Notes under the pieces: model-generated | The model's database searches: none | Told to the model about the DNA's origin: nothing | Seen by the model: only the letters and a program-made list of their open reading frames with translations | In this document: one piece after another, positions 33,075 through 41,873 of the stretch | How the letters are laid out: the number at the start of each line of letters is the position of its first letter | Numbering within the stretch: position 1 is the first letter of the stretch | NCBI GenBank assembly: GCA_038046225.1 | Contig: JBBSWQ010000104.1 | Span: 1-46,167, forward strand | Direction of reading: 5' to 3' | Source: an archaeon | Lineage (GTDB): Archaea; Iainarchaeota; Iainarchaeia; Iainarchaeales; VGJJ01 | Length of the DNA: 46,167 nucleotides | Made by a program: the position numbers and the translations under genes

Positions 33075-33779
33075 ATGGTAAAATTGGAAGATGCGGTAGT
33101 GGCCCGTTATTCGAAGGATGGGTTGTCATTTGAGATTCTCGTGGATCCCGATTTGGCATTGAAGATGAAGCGGGGCCATTCCGTGAGCCTGGATGATTTG
33201 GTGGCCACCGACACCATCTATTCGGATGCCAAGAAGGGAGATGAGTCCCCGGAGTCGGATATTCAGCGCGTCTTCGGCACCCTGGACATTCGGGAGATCG
33301 CCCCCATTATTGTGAAGGAGGGAGAGGTCCACCTCACCACCGCACAACGAAAGGAGCTGCGGGAGGAGAAGCGCAAGGCCATCATCGATTTCATTTCCCG
33401 CAATGCCATGAACCCCCAGACCGGGACCCCCCACCCCCCCGTGCGGATCGAAAATGCCCTTTCCGAGCTCAAGGTCCAATTCGACGAGTTCAGGGACGTG
33501 GCCTCCCAGGTGAATGATATTCTGCCCAAGCTCAGGCGATTATTGCCCATTTCCATGGAAAAGGTCCAGGTTGCGGTGCGAGTACCCCCTTCTTTCGCCT
33601 CTCCGGCTTTAAACGTGTTGCATGGATATGACATGAAGAAGCAGGAGTGGCAGGGCGATGGGTCCCTGATCGCGGTCATTGAGATCCCGGGTGGGATGCA
33701 GCAGGAATTGTTCGACCGCCTGAACCGCCTATCCCACGGCCAGATCACGACCAAACGGTTGGATACGCCGATGGTGTGA
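33075..33779 (+). CDS. sdo1: SBDS-family ribosome maturation protein
   Basis: Trimmed to ATG 33075. VVARYSKDGLSFEILVDPDLALKMK... Position in the superoperon supports the call. Confidence 0.85.
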   Translation: MVKLEDAVVARYSKDGLSFEILVDPDLALKMKRGHSVSLDDLVATDTIYSDAKKGDESPESDIQRVFGTLDIREIAPIIVKEGEVHLTTAQRKELREEKRKAIIDFISRNAMNPQTGTPHPPVRIENALSELKVQFDEFRDVASQVNDILPKLRRLLPISMEKVQVAVRVPPSFASPALNVLHGYDMKKQEWQGDGSLIAVIEIPGGMQQELFDRLNRLSHGQITTKRLDTPMV

Positions 33780-33827
33780 TGGACAGCGGGAAGTTTAATG
33801 CTTTACCAAAAGGAGTGAGAAAAACAC

Positions 33828-34991
33828 ATGACGAAAGAGATCGTGGTGCCGGGCGAATTGCTGAGCACCGAAAACAAACAGTTGGGCTCGCATACGTTTG
33901 CAGTCGGAGAAAGTATTTTCGCGGATTGTTTAGGTATCCGCAATGAGTCGGATGACCGGTTGTCCGTTGTTCCCTTGCGTGGGAAATATGTTCCGTTGGC
34001 GGATGATGTTATCATTGGCGTCGTCAAGAATGAGAAGTTCGCCGGATACGATGTGGAAATTAATTCCTTCTACGCTTCCTTCGTGAACAAGCAGGATCTT
34101 CGAACCCCCTTGAAGGTGGGTTCCATCATCTCCGCGAAGATTGTGAAGGTGAATGAGTTGAATGAAGCGGACATCGGTATGGTTCGCCCCCTCACGGATG
34201 GGGATATTGTTTCCGTGACCGCGGTCAAGGTTCCTCGGGTTATTGGGAAGAATGCTTCCATGCTCAATGCCATCCGCAATGGCACAGGCTCCAGCGTCAT
34301 GGTGGGGCGCAACGGCCTCGTCTGGGTCAGCGGGGGAAACACCCGCTTGGCCATGGATGCCATCCAACGGATTGAGGAGTTCTCGCACGTGGAGAACTTG
34401 ACGCATGATATTCAATCCTTCCTCGCCGCCAAGAGCGGGCAAGGCATGCCGGACACGCAGGGTCCGGGGAATGAAGAAGCATTTGGGTCGGATGACCAAG
34501 GATTCAGCGGCGGTCGCGGTGGATTTGGCGGCCGTGGTCGCGGGGGATTTAGTGGGGGTCGCGGTGGATTTGGCGGCAACCGGGATCGTGGGGATTTCCG
34601 TCCCCGTCCCAGTATGGGGGGTTCTCGCGACCGTGGGTTCGGTTCCGGTTCAGGTTCCGGATATAGTGGAAACAGGGAACGTAGTTTCGGTGGAAACCGA
34701 GATCGGGGTCCCCCTTCGGGTGGGGATCGCTCCCCGGGTGGTTTTCGTCCCCGCTTCAACGATCGGCGATTAAGTGGGGGAAATAGGGAGATGGATAATT
34801 TTCGTCCCAATCGGAGCTTTGGGGCCCAATACGAGAGCCCTTCCTCCGAGGGATATGCCCCTTCTCCCCCGCGAATGGGTCCCCGGGATCGAGGGATGGG
34901 GGATCGCGGGAATGATCGGGGTTTCGACCGCCGGAAGCGTTTTCCCCCGCGGGAGAATGTGCGAGGGGATGAGGATCCCTCCTTCGAGTAA
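33828..34991 (+). CDS. rrp4: Exosome cap subunit Rrp4 (N-terminal, S1 and KH domains) with a ~184-aa RGG/RDRG-rich C-terminal extension
   Basis: 387 aa. The core ends around aa 203; the tail contains GFSGGRGGFGGRGRGGFSGGRGGFGGNRDRG... Shine-Dalgarno AAGGAGTGA lies upstream. Confidence 0.85.
   Translation: MTKEIVVPGELLSTENKQLGSHTFAVGESIFADCLGIRNESDDRLSVVPLRGKYVPLADDVIIGVVKNEKFAGYDVEINSFYASFVNKQDLRTPLKVGSIISAKIVKVNELNEADIGMVRPLTDGDIVSVTAVKVPRVIGKNASMLNAIRNGTGSSVMVGRNGLVWVSGGNTRLAMDAIQRIEEFSHVENLTHDIQSFLAAKSGQGMPDTQGPGNEEAFGSDDQGFSGGRGGFGGRGRGGFSGGRGGFGGNRDRGDFRPRPSMGGSRDRGFGSGSGSGYSGNRERSFGGNRDRGPPSGGDRSPGGFRPRFNDRRLSGGNREMDNFRPNRSFGAQYESPSSEGYAPSPPRMGPRDRGMGDRGNDRGFDRRKRFPPRENVRGDEDPSFE
34500..34787 (+). 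repeat. Low-complexity RGG/GGF-coding repeats inside rrp4
   Basis: The nucleotide unit ggtcgcggtggatttggcggc occurs twice (34511-34531 and 34557-34577). Further degenerate RG/RDRG units follow. Confidence 0.7.
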
Positions 34992-35074
34992 GCCGAATGG
35001 GCGCTGCGCGATGGCAAATTAATCGCTTGATAAAAAAAAACAAAAATGGAAACACGAACTGGGTGAATGAAAAC

Positions 35075-36042
35075 ATGGCTAAAGAAAAAGATACCAAAAT
35101 GGAAACCAAGACCAAGAAGTCGTCCAAGGGCGACGAGAAACTTTATTGGGTCGATGCCAAAGGAAAGCGGGTCGACGGGCGGGGAGTGACGGATTTGCGT
35201 CCCATCAAATACAGGCCGGCATCCTTCCCAATGCGGATGGTTCCTGCTACCTCGAGTGGGGCCAGAATAAAGTGCTGGTCTCCGTGAACGGTCCTCGGGA
35301 AGTATTGCCCAAGCACCAGGCGAATCCGTATCGGGCCATCGTCCGGTACACCTACCGGATGGCCGCTTTTTCCGTGACGGAGCGCAAGAATCCCCGTCCG
35401 GGCAGGAGAGAGATGGAGATATCCAAGGTCTCCGGGGAGGCATTGGAGCGCGCTATCTTCCTCGAACGATTTCCCAATACCGCTATTGATGTTTTCGTGG
35501 AAGTCTTAGACTCAAATGCGGGAACACGCATCGCATGCCTCACGGCCGCCGCGGTGGCGGTGGCGGATGCGGGCATTCCCATGCGGGATTTAGTGACCGG
35601 AATCACGGTGGGTCGTTCCGACGGACACCACCTCGTGGATTTGAACAAGCACGAGGAGGATGCCGATGATGCCGTGGATATGGCCGTGGCCTTCCTTCCC
35701 AATTCCAAGGAAGTGGTGCTCCTCCAGATGGATGGGGAAATATCCTCGGAGGATTACTCCAAGCTCATGCAGGCCGCCATGGAAAACATTGAGAAGGTCT
35801 ACGCGCTCCAGACGAAGGCCCTCAAGGATTCCGTGGAGCAGAAACGACCGGATGTCGTGGAGGGAATGGAGCAATACTTGAACACCCCTCCTGCGGATCA
35901 TTCCAGTGATGCCCATCCCAAGGGGGAGCCCGTCTCCCTCAAGGAGAAGGATCCCTTTTCCTTTGGGGAATCGGATTACTCGGAAGCCGAGGAAGAGAAC
36001 ACCGATGCCGAACACGAAGCGTTCGACGCGGGAAAGGAATAG
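35075..36042 (+). CDS. rrp41: Exosome catalytic-ring subunit Rrp41 (RNase PH-like); the reading frame is broken by a -1 shift at 35207-35211
   Basis: Frame A (35075-35209) gives MAKEKDTK...LYWVDAKGKRVDGRGVTDLRPIK. Frame A-1 (from 35209) gives IQAGILPNADGSCYLEWGQNKVLVSVNGPRE... Joined, they read the canonical ...DGR..DLRPIKIQAGIL.NADGS.YLEWG... GGTGA lies 9 nt upstream of the ATG. Confidence 0.8.
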
Positions 36043-36054
36043 GGGGAATGGATC

Positions 36055-36849
36055 ATGACACAATTGGATATACTCACAGAGTTGCAGCGCAACAAGGTTT
36101 TAGAGTCCCTTGGAAAAGGGAAGCGGGTGTCCGGCCGGGCATTTGATGAATACCGTAAGATTGAGGTATTGACGAATGTCAGCGAGAACGCCAATGGGAG
36201 CGCGCGAATTCGATTAGGAAAGACGGATGTCATCGCGGGGACCAAATTTGGAATTGGGGAACCGTATCCCGATACTCCCGATGAAGGAAGTATTTCCGTT
36301 GGGGCCGAGATGACCCCGCTTGCTTCCCCATTGAATGAAGTGGGCCCCCCCTCCCCCACGGAAGTGGAGCTTTCCCGCGTCGTGGATCGGTGCATCCGCG
36401 AGAGTCACTGCGTGGATGTTTCTTCCCTCTGCCTCGTGCCGGGAGAAAAGGTCCTCTCCCTCTTCATCGACATTTACGCGTTGAATGATGATGGAAATCT
36501 CCTGGACGCTTCCTCCATGGCCTCCTTGGTGGCATTGAACCAGACGCGCCTCCCCAAAGTGGAGGATGGGAAAATAATGTATGGGGAATACGATGGAAAG
36601 ATGCTCGCATTGGCGAACCAGCCCCTGCTCATCACCACCATCAAGGCCTCCAACACCCTCCTCTCGGATGTGGATCTCGGGGAAGAAAAAGCACAGTTCG
36701 CCCGCTTTTCATTCGGGAGCACCGAGAAGGGAATCATCACGGCCTTCCAGAAAGCCGGGTCGGGTTCCTTTTCAGCCAAAGAATTGGAGCAATCCATCGA
36801 GACCGGACTCAAGAATGCCAAGTCCCTGCGCAAGACCCTCAAAGTCTAA
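36055..36849 (+). CDS. rrp42: Exosome ring subunit Rrp42
   Basis: 264 aa; ...RVSGRAFDEYRKIEV...ANGSARIRLGKTDVIAG...DTPDEGSISV...LNDDGNLLDA... Confidence 0.85.
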   Translation: MTQLDILTELQRNKVLESLGKGKRVSGRAFDEYRKIEVLTNVSENANGSARIRLGKTDVIAGTKFGIGEPYPDTPDEGSISVGAEMTPLASPLNEVGPPSPTEVELSRVVDRCIRESHCVDVSSLCLVPGEKVLSLFIDIYALNDDGNLLDASSMASLVALNQTRLPKVEDGKIMYGEYDGKMLALANQPLLITTIKASNTLLSDVDLGEEKAQFARFSFGSTEKGIITAFQKAGSGSFSAKELEQSIETGLKNAKSLRKTLKV

Positions 36850-36890
36850 TGCGTCAAAGGGCAGGGGGGCTATTTCCTCCTCCCTTTCAT

Positions 36891-36951
36891 GAGGGGGAAC
36901 GATCCCCCCTCAATGGGCAGGAACCCCTCAGGGGGAATTTTCTTCCTTTTT
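36891..36951 (+). terminator. Two GC hairpins followed by a T-rich tract after rrp42
   Basis: GAGGGGGaacgatCCCCCCTC (36891-36911), then CCCCtcaGGGG followed by AATTTTCTTCCTTTTTCCC. Confidence 0.4.
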
Positions 36952-37054
36952 CCCATCCTTCTTTTCTCGAGGAGAATCCGCTTCCCCATCGGCGAGGTTT
37001 ATAAGGATTTGTCGGGGGTCTTTGAGTATACCCTGGTAGTAGGGGATCGTTTTT

Positions 37055-37528
37055 ATGGCTCAATCCAAGAAAACCAAGACCCGGCACACGGCCCGCTTCG
37101 GTGCTCGATACGGGGTGTCCGTCAAGAAAAGATACGAGACGTTTGAGGCCAAGCAGCGCGTGAAGCATACGTGTCCCAAGTGCGGCTTTCCCAAAGTCCA
37201 GCGCATCTCCACGGGAATATTCAAGTGCGCCAAGTGCCAATTGACCTATGCGGGCGGGGCCTTCTATCCCCAGACCCTCACGGGGGGAATCATCTCCAAG
37301 ATGGTGGCCCAGCGCGCATTCAACACCCAATTATTGGAACAATTGGAAACCACTCCTCCCGCAGAAACGGAAGAGACTCCTGTCCCTGAGCTCTCCGATG
37401 AAGAACGCATTGAACGATTGACGCAGGAAAAGCCCGCTAAAAGGGGACGGAAGCGCACCGCCGCTCCTCCGGCGGAAACGGCTTCCGAGGATGCTCCATC
37501 CGATGATTCGGTGGGCGAGAGCGCGTGA
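37055..37528 (+). CDS. rpl37ae: 50S ribosomal protein L37Ae (eL43) with a ~68-aa C-terminal extension
   Basis: RFGARYG...CPKCG...FKCAKC zinc ribbon in the first ~90 aa, followed by a charged Pro/Glu/Lys-rich tail. Confidence 0.85.
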   Translation: MAQSKKTKTRHTARFGARYGVSVKKRYETFEAKQRVKHTCPKCGFPKVQRISTGIFKCAKCQLTYAGGAFYPQTLTGGIISKMVAQRAFNTQLLEQLETTPPAETEETPVPELSDEERIERLTQEKPAKRGRKRTAAPPAETASEDAPSDDSVGESA

Positions 37529-37543
37529 GGGGGATGATGGTCG

Positions 37544-37675
37544 ATGTATAAATGCAACAAGTGCCTTCAGGAATTCGATGCCCTTCCCATCGGGTTGATT
37601 CGCTGTCCCAATTGCGGAAACAAGATTTTCTACAAGACCCGCGCCCCCGTCGAGAAGCGAATTCTCGCGCGGTGA
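37544..37675 (+). CDS. rpoP: DNA-directed RNA polymerase subunit P (Rpo12/RpoP)
   Basis: Below the ORF-track size cutoff. My translation is MYKCNKCLQEFDALPIGLIRCPNCGNKIFYKTRAPVEKRILAR, a CxxC...CxxC zinc ribbon at the expected superoperon position after L37Ae. Confidence 0.75.
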   Translation: MYKCNKCLQEFDALPIGLIRCPNCGNKIFYKTRAPVEKRILAR

Positions 37676-37691
37676 AGGGGGATTCGAGTAT

Positions 37692-37931
37692 ATGGTCTCG
37701 AAAACCTATTCTATTCTTTTTCGTTCCGTCCGTGATGCGCATGCGGCGCAGGACGCTTTGTCCCTGGAGACGGGTCAATCGTATGAAAAACGGGCCCGTA
37801 CCCGTGTTCGGGTTAAAAACAATCGCCTGGTATTCACTACAGTAGGGAAGGACCCCGCGTCCCTCCGCGCCTCCGTGTCCGGGTATTCCCGTCTCGCGGA
37901 GTATTTGAAGAATATTGAAAAGGGAGCATGA
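37692..37931 (+). CDS. pcc1: Possible KEOPS subunit Pcc1
   Basis: 79 aa. DPASLRASVSGYSRLAEYL resembles the Pcc1 C-terminal helix. Pcc1 commonly precedes prefoldin-beta in archaea. Confidence 0.5.
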   Translation: MVSKTYSILFRSVRDAHAAQDALSLETGQSYEKRARTRVRVKNNRLVFTTVGKDPASLRASVSGYSRLAEYLKNIEKGA

Positions 37932-37938
37932 TTCCGCT

Positions 37939-38310
37939 ATGGCTGATATCCGAGAAAAGATAATGGAATTCGAGAAGCAGCGGCAGCTGCTCATGAGCAT
38001 GACCCACCAAAAGCAGCAATTGGAGGCCAGCGTCAACGGCCTGGGAAAGTCCCTTGAAGAATTGGACAAGACGACGGAAGAGAAAGTCTACAAGGCCGCC
38101 GGTGCCATCCTGGTATTGCGCGATGCCAAAGAAGTGAGGAAGGAATTGGAGGAATTGAAAGAGAACCAATCCCTCCGCATGAAGACCCTGGACAAGCAGG
38201 AGAAGAGTCTCGTGGACAAGCTCAATGCATTGCGTGTCGAAATTGAATCCTCCGCAGCCCCCCAGACCGTGAATCCGGGGAATACGGTTATATCCCCCAA
38301 GAAGAATTGA
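37939..38310 (+). CDS. pfdB: Prefoldin beta subunit
   Basis: Trimmed to ATG 37939. Coiled coil, beta-hairpin (VYKAAGAILV), coiled-coil layout. Confidence 0.75.
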   Translation: MADIREKIMEFEKQRQLLMSMTHQKQQLEASVNGLGKSLEELDKTTEEKVYKAAGAILVLRDAKEVRKELEELKENQSLRMKTLDKQEKSLVDKLNALRVEIESSAAPQTVNPGNTVISPKKN

Positions 38311-38316
38311 AGGGGC

Positions 38317-39339
38317 ATGGAATCCCCTCTCCCCCTATTGGGGCGTTTCCGTTCTCTCATTGCGGGAAAGAAGGTCCTCTTCCTCTCGCACGTGCGACCG
38401 GACATGGACACGCTTTCTTCCGCCATGGCCCTGGCGCATTTTTTTTCCCCTGAATCCACTCCTGTTTTTGGGGTTGTCGAGCCCTTGTCTGATTTTCAGC
38501 GCGAACAAGTGCGTTTCTTTCCCATCCAACCCCGCGTCATCGATTCATTGAAGGGATTTGATGCCATTGTTTGCGTGGACTTTCGTTCTCCCGGGCAGGC
38601 GGGGCCGTTGGCCAATTCCCTGAAGTCATTTGGGGGAACAATCATCCTCGTGGATCACCATCATCCCTCCCCGGATGAGTTCTCTCGGGTGGATTTGCCC
38701 TTCATCACCCCTCAATCCGTCTCCACCACCCAGCTCGTGGCGCAGATGGGGGAGGCCATGGGGGGAACTTTTACTCCTCCCGTGTCCACGGCGCTTGCGA
38801 TGGGGATGATCACGGATTCCGCGCGCTTCATGGTGGCCAATTCCCATTCTTTCCGCGTGTTCGATTTCCTCCTCACGAAGAGCGGGAGGTCCTATGATGA
38901 GATCCTCGCGCGTGCGGTTCCCGTTTCCTCCATCCATGAGCGGGTGGGGGTCTTTCACTCCATGAAGGATGCCCGCCTAATCTCCGCGGGAGATTTTCTC
39001 TTCGCCTCCATCGCCTCCCCCTCCCCCACGGGTCAGATTGCGAGCGCGCTCATTCAGATGGGGGCGGATGTCGGGATGTGCTTCTCCCACTCTCCTACTG
39101 GGATTTACGCCTCCCTCCGCGTCTCGGGAAGGGCGCACGCCGAATTGGGGTATGATGCCATGCACATCATCCTTCCCCTCGCCCATCAGCATGGGGGCAC
39201 AGGCGGGGGCCATGCGCGCGCGGCCCAGATCAATCTCCCTCCTTATTTTTCGGAGCAGATGCTCGTGGATCGTTTTGCGCGGGAACTATTCATGCGGGTC
39301 AAGAAGAACCATCCCCGCGCCACGATGAAGATTCACTGA
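38317..39339 (+). CDS. DHH/DHHA1-family phosphoesterase (NrnA-like)
   Basis: 340 aa with motifs HVRPDMDT, CVDF, LVDHHH, ITDSARF and GGGHARAA. Confidence 0.75.
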   Translation: MESPLPLLGRFRSLIAGKKVLFLSHVRPDMDTLSSAMALAHFFSPESTPVFGVVEPLSDFQREQVRFFPIQPRVIDSLKGFDAIVCVDFRSPGQAGPLANSLKSFGGTIILVDHHHPSPDEFSRVDLPFITPQSVSTTQLVAQMGEAMGGTFTPPVSTALAMGMITDSARFMVANSHSFRVFDFLLTKSGRSYDEILARAVPVSSIHERVGVFHSMKDARLISAGDFLFASIASPSPTGQIASALIQMGADVGMCFSHSPTGIYASLRVSGRAHAELGYDAMHIILPLAHQHGGTGGGHARAAQINLPPYFSEQMLVDRFARELFMRVKKNHPRATMKIH

Positions 39340-39366
39340 TTTTTTTTGTTGGTGGAAAACCATCCA

Positions 39367-39609
39367 ATGAAATTTAGAGTTAAACGTCCATTTTGGAATT
39401 CTTCCAATATCCTTTTGATGGCTTCACCGCATTCCTTTGGTGTGGACGAACAAGAAGTGTTGAGCGTGATTGGAAATCGTCGTTGGAGCACGATCTTGGA
39501 ATTCATGCGCGGTCAGACAGTTGGGCTGAACAAAGATGGTTCCACGAACGATTATGATCAGGATGTTTGGAATTTTGCACAAAAGCCCAACGATTGTTTT
39601 TTTGATTAA
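39367..39609 (+). CDS. Hypothetical small protein
   Basis: Track ORF (TTG 39346), trimmed to ATG 39367. No family recognised. Begins an AT-richer stretch. Confidence 0.3.
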   Translation: MKFRVKRPFWNSSNILLMASPHSFGVDEQEVLSVIGNRRWSTILEFMRGQTVGLNKDGSTNDYDQDVWNFAQKPNDCFFD

Positions 39610-39692
39610 TCGTTTTATCTTCCGCAGGACTCATCATTTTATTAGTGGATAACCGTATTGTTGCGTGGGTGAAACGGAAAAAAGGGCTTGTC

Positions 39693-40907
39693 CTACTTTT
39701 CGTACATCCATTTCCATGCCGGTTCGATGTATATTGTTTTGCCTTGGGTTTCGATGACGTCCTCTTGGTGGTGCGTGATGATGAGGCCGTTTTTGAGTTG
39801 GAGGGCCTCCAGGGCCTCGGTTAATCCATTGATTTCGCGTTCTTTGTTTTCTTCCGTGAGTTCCCAGCACACTTGAATGGCCTTCAGTGTCTTTTCTTTT
39901 TCTTTTATGACAAAATCGCATTCGTGCTTTTGTTTGAAGTAGTAGATATCCTTGTTTTTTCGTCGCAGGTGGAGGAACACGGCGTTTTCCAGCATTCTTC
40001 CCTTGTCCAATGAAAAGGAGCCGGAGTTGGCGTTGGATAACCCGTTGTCAATTGAATACACTTTTTTGGGGTTCACAACTTGTTTTTTGAGCGAATACTC
40101 GAATTTTGGAATCGTGAAAAGGAGATAACTGTCTTCAAGGTAGGAAATGAACGAAATGACGCTATTGGTTGATCCCAGCTTGAACATTTTCTTCAGGCTG
40201 GTGTATGAAAACTCTTTTCCTACATTGGTTAAAAGAAAGATGGCCATATCCCGAATGGTTTTGGCCGTACGAAGTTTGTGGCGGACCACAATGTCCCGAG
40301 CAATCAGGTCGCTTAGCAGTTCTTGCAGTGCTTCGCTTTTGTTTGTTTTTAAAAATTCTGGGAAACCTCCTTTCTGGAGATATTCATCAAACGATTGAAT
40401 CGCGAGTTTCTCTTTCATGAATACTAAAAATTCGGAATAGGAGAATGGGAATAGTTCAAACCGCAGATGCCTTCCCGTCAAACGGGTTCCTAATTCTTTG
40501 CTCAATAGCGACGCATTGGACCCGGTTATGATTACGTGTTTTTTTTGTTCTAATAGGTAGCGTACGCCGAGCTCCCATTTGTCAATGTTTTGAATCTCAT
40601 CAAAAAAGTAGTGATTCTGACGGCCGTATTCTTCAGTAAAAATATCATCCAACTTCAGAAAATCACTCGATTCAAATCCGGTTCCACGAGGGTCTTCAAA
40701 ATTAAAGTAATAATACTGCTTGGCCTCTTTCATCAACTGCCGCAAAAGCGTGCTTTTACCGCAGCGGCGTATGCCCGATAAGACTAATGCAAACGGCAAA
40801 TCAATATCGATTTTTTCCCGCAGTTCGCGCTCAATCCCTGTATCGGCAGCGGCATTGCTCGTCCGCTGAATTTGAACAATAGCACGAAGCGTCTCCTTGA
40901 GAATCAT
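39693..40907 (-). CDS. AAA-family ATPase with DUF4143 C-terminal domain (COG1373 type)
   Basis: Walker A SGIRRCGKST, Walker B YFFFDEIQ. The C-terminal KVYSIDNGL...ENAVFLHL... region is typical of DUF4143. Trimmed to ATG 40907. Confidence 0.75.
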   Translation of the reverse strand: MILKETLRAIVQIQRTSNAAADTGIERELREKIDIDLPFALVLSGIRRCGKSTLLRQLMKEAKQYYYFNFEDPRGTGFESSDFLKLDDIFTEEYGRQNHYFFDEIQNIDKWELGVRYLLEQKKHVIITGSNASLLSKELGTRLTGRHLRFELFPFSYSEFLVFMKEKLAIQSFDEYLQKGGFPEFLKTNKSEALQELLSDLIARDIVVRHKLRTAKTIRDMAIFLLTNVGKEFSYTSLKKMFKLGSTNSVISFISYLEDSYLLFTIPKFEYSLKKQVVNPKKVYSIDNGLSNANSGSFSLDKGRMLENAVFLHLRRKNKDIYYFKQKHECDFVIKEKEKTLKAIQVCWELTEENKEREINGLTEALEALQLKNGLIITHHQEDVIETQGKTIYIEPAWKWMYEK

Positions 40908-40930
40908 ACTACTATCTACTTCCAACCCCC

Positions 40931-40940
40931 TATATAATAG
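40931..40940 (-). promoter_or_regulatory. TATA box for the AAA/DUF4143 gene
   Basis: The minus strand reads CTATTATATAGGGGG, about 25-30 nt upstream of ATG 40907. Confidence 0.4.
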
Positions 40941-41077
40941 TGTGCATTACTAATGAACAAAAGTGTTCATTATTAATGAATAAAACAGATTATTGGTATA
41001 AATCTGTTTTGCCGTGCAAAGAGAACTGAATGGATTTTGGTTGGGCAAGTATGAAGTGAATAACTATTGGATGCAAT

Positions 41078-41805
41078 CTATAGGATATATCCCCCGGTTT
41101 CGTTCGAAGAGCAATTACTTGTGGGAAGCCATGTTCCACTCAGAGCGTTCCAGGGAATTTCAGGCGGACTTCTTGTCAGGTTCTCTTTATTTTCCAGTTC
41201 TTGTTCAGCATTTGGATGGTTAGTTTTTGGTCGGCTCGTTGATTGAAGTAGTCGCGGGCTTCTTTTCGGGAGCATGTTTCGAGGGAAACGCGCCAATTTT
41301 TTTTTCGTGATGATTTTTTGGACAGTCTTTTTGTTTTCGCATAATTCCCCGAAGTCAATCAGCATGACCTTGTTATTCAATAGTCCGAATTCGCTTCCGA
41401 CCTTGCCGGATTTATCGTGCATGCCGTAGCGCCAGAGTTGAATCATGAAGTCGATGGTCGTGTTCACGAGCCTTTTCATTTCCTTCCTATTTCCCTTATC
41501 CGCGGCCGCGTTCCACGCGTCTTCCAGGGGGTATGACTCTTTTCTGGCAAATTTTTCCGTGTTCAAGAAACTCGATGTGTCCAACCATTCGGGGTGGGAG
41601 GATTCTCTTGTTCATTATTCGCAGACCAGTTTTCCATCCTTTCTTCATTTTCCCCACTCGTTTGTCCAGCGTGTTCAATTCTCCTTTGGCCTTGAGGATT
41701 TTGGCGATTTTTTTTCCGCATTTCCTTTTCCGTTTTGGGAGTTTTGATGACGTAATCCTCAAAGAATTCCACGTTGGCCTGCCACCCTCCCTTTTTTGTG
41801 TTCAT
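41078..41805 (-). pseudogene. Atypical protein-kinase-like gene broken into four frames by three +1 shifts at homopolymers
   Basis: The Gly-loop/Lys segment KKGGWQANVEFFEDYVIKTPK is in frame 0. The catalytic-like segment YGMHDKSGKVGSEFGLLNNKVMLIDFGEL is in another frame. Frame changes coincide with A8 (41708-41715), CCCC (~41593-41596) and A9 (41298-41306). Confidence 0.5.
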
Positions 41806-41873
41806 TCACTACTATCACCACAAGCGGAGTAAAAAAACCAGTTGATAGAGGAGGTTGAGTTATCTCGCACTTA

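Noticed and set aside
34412-35443. 343-aa minus-strand ORF antisense to rrp4/rrp41
   Set aside because: Its Pro/Arg/Ser-rich low-complexity translation is simply the mirror image of the GGN/CGN-rich RGG-coding region. It overlaps two well-supported conserved genes.
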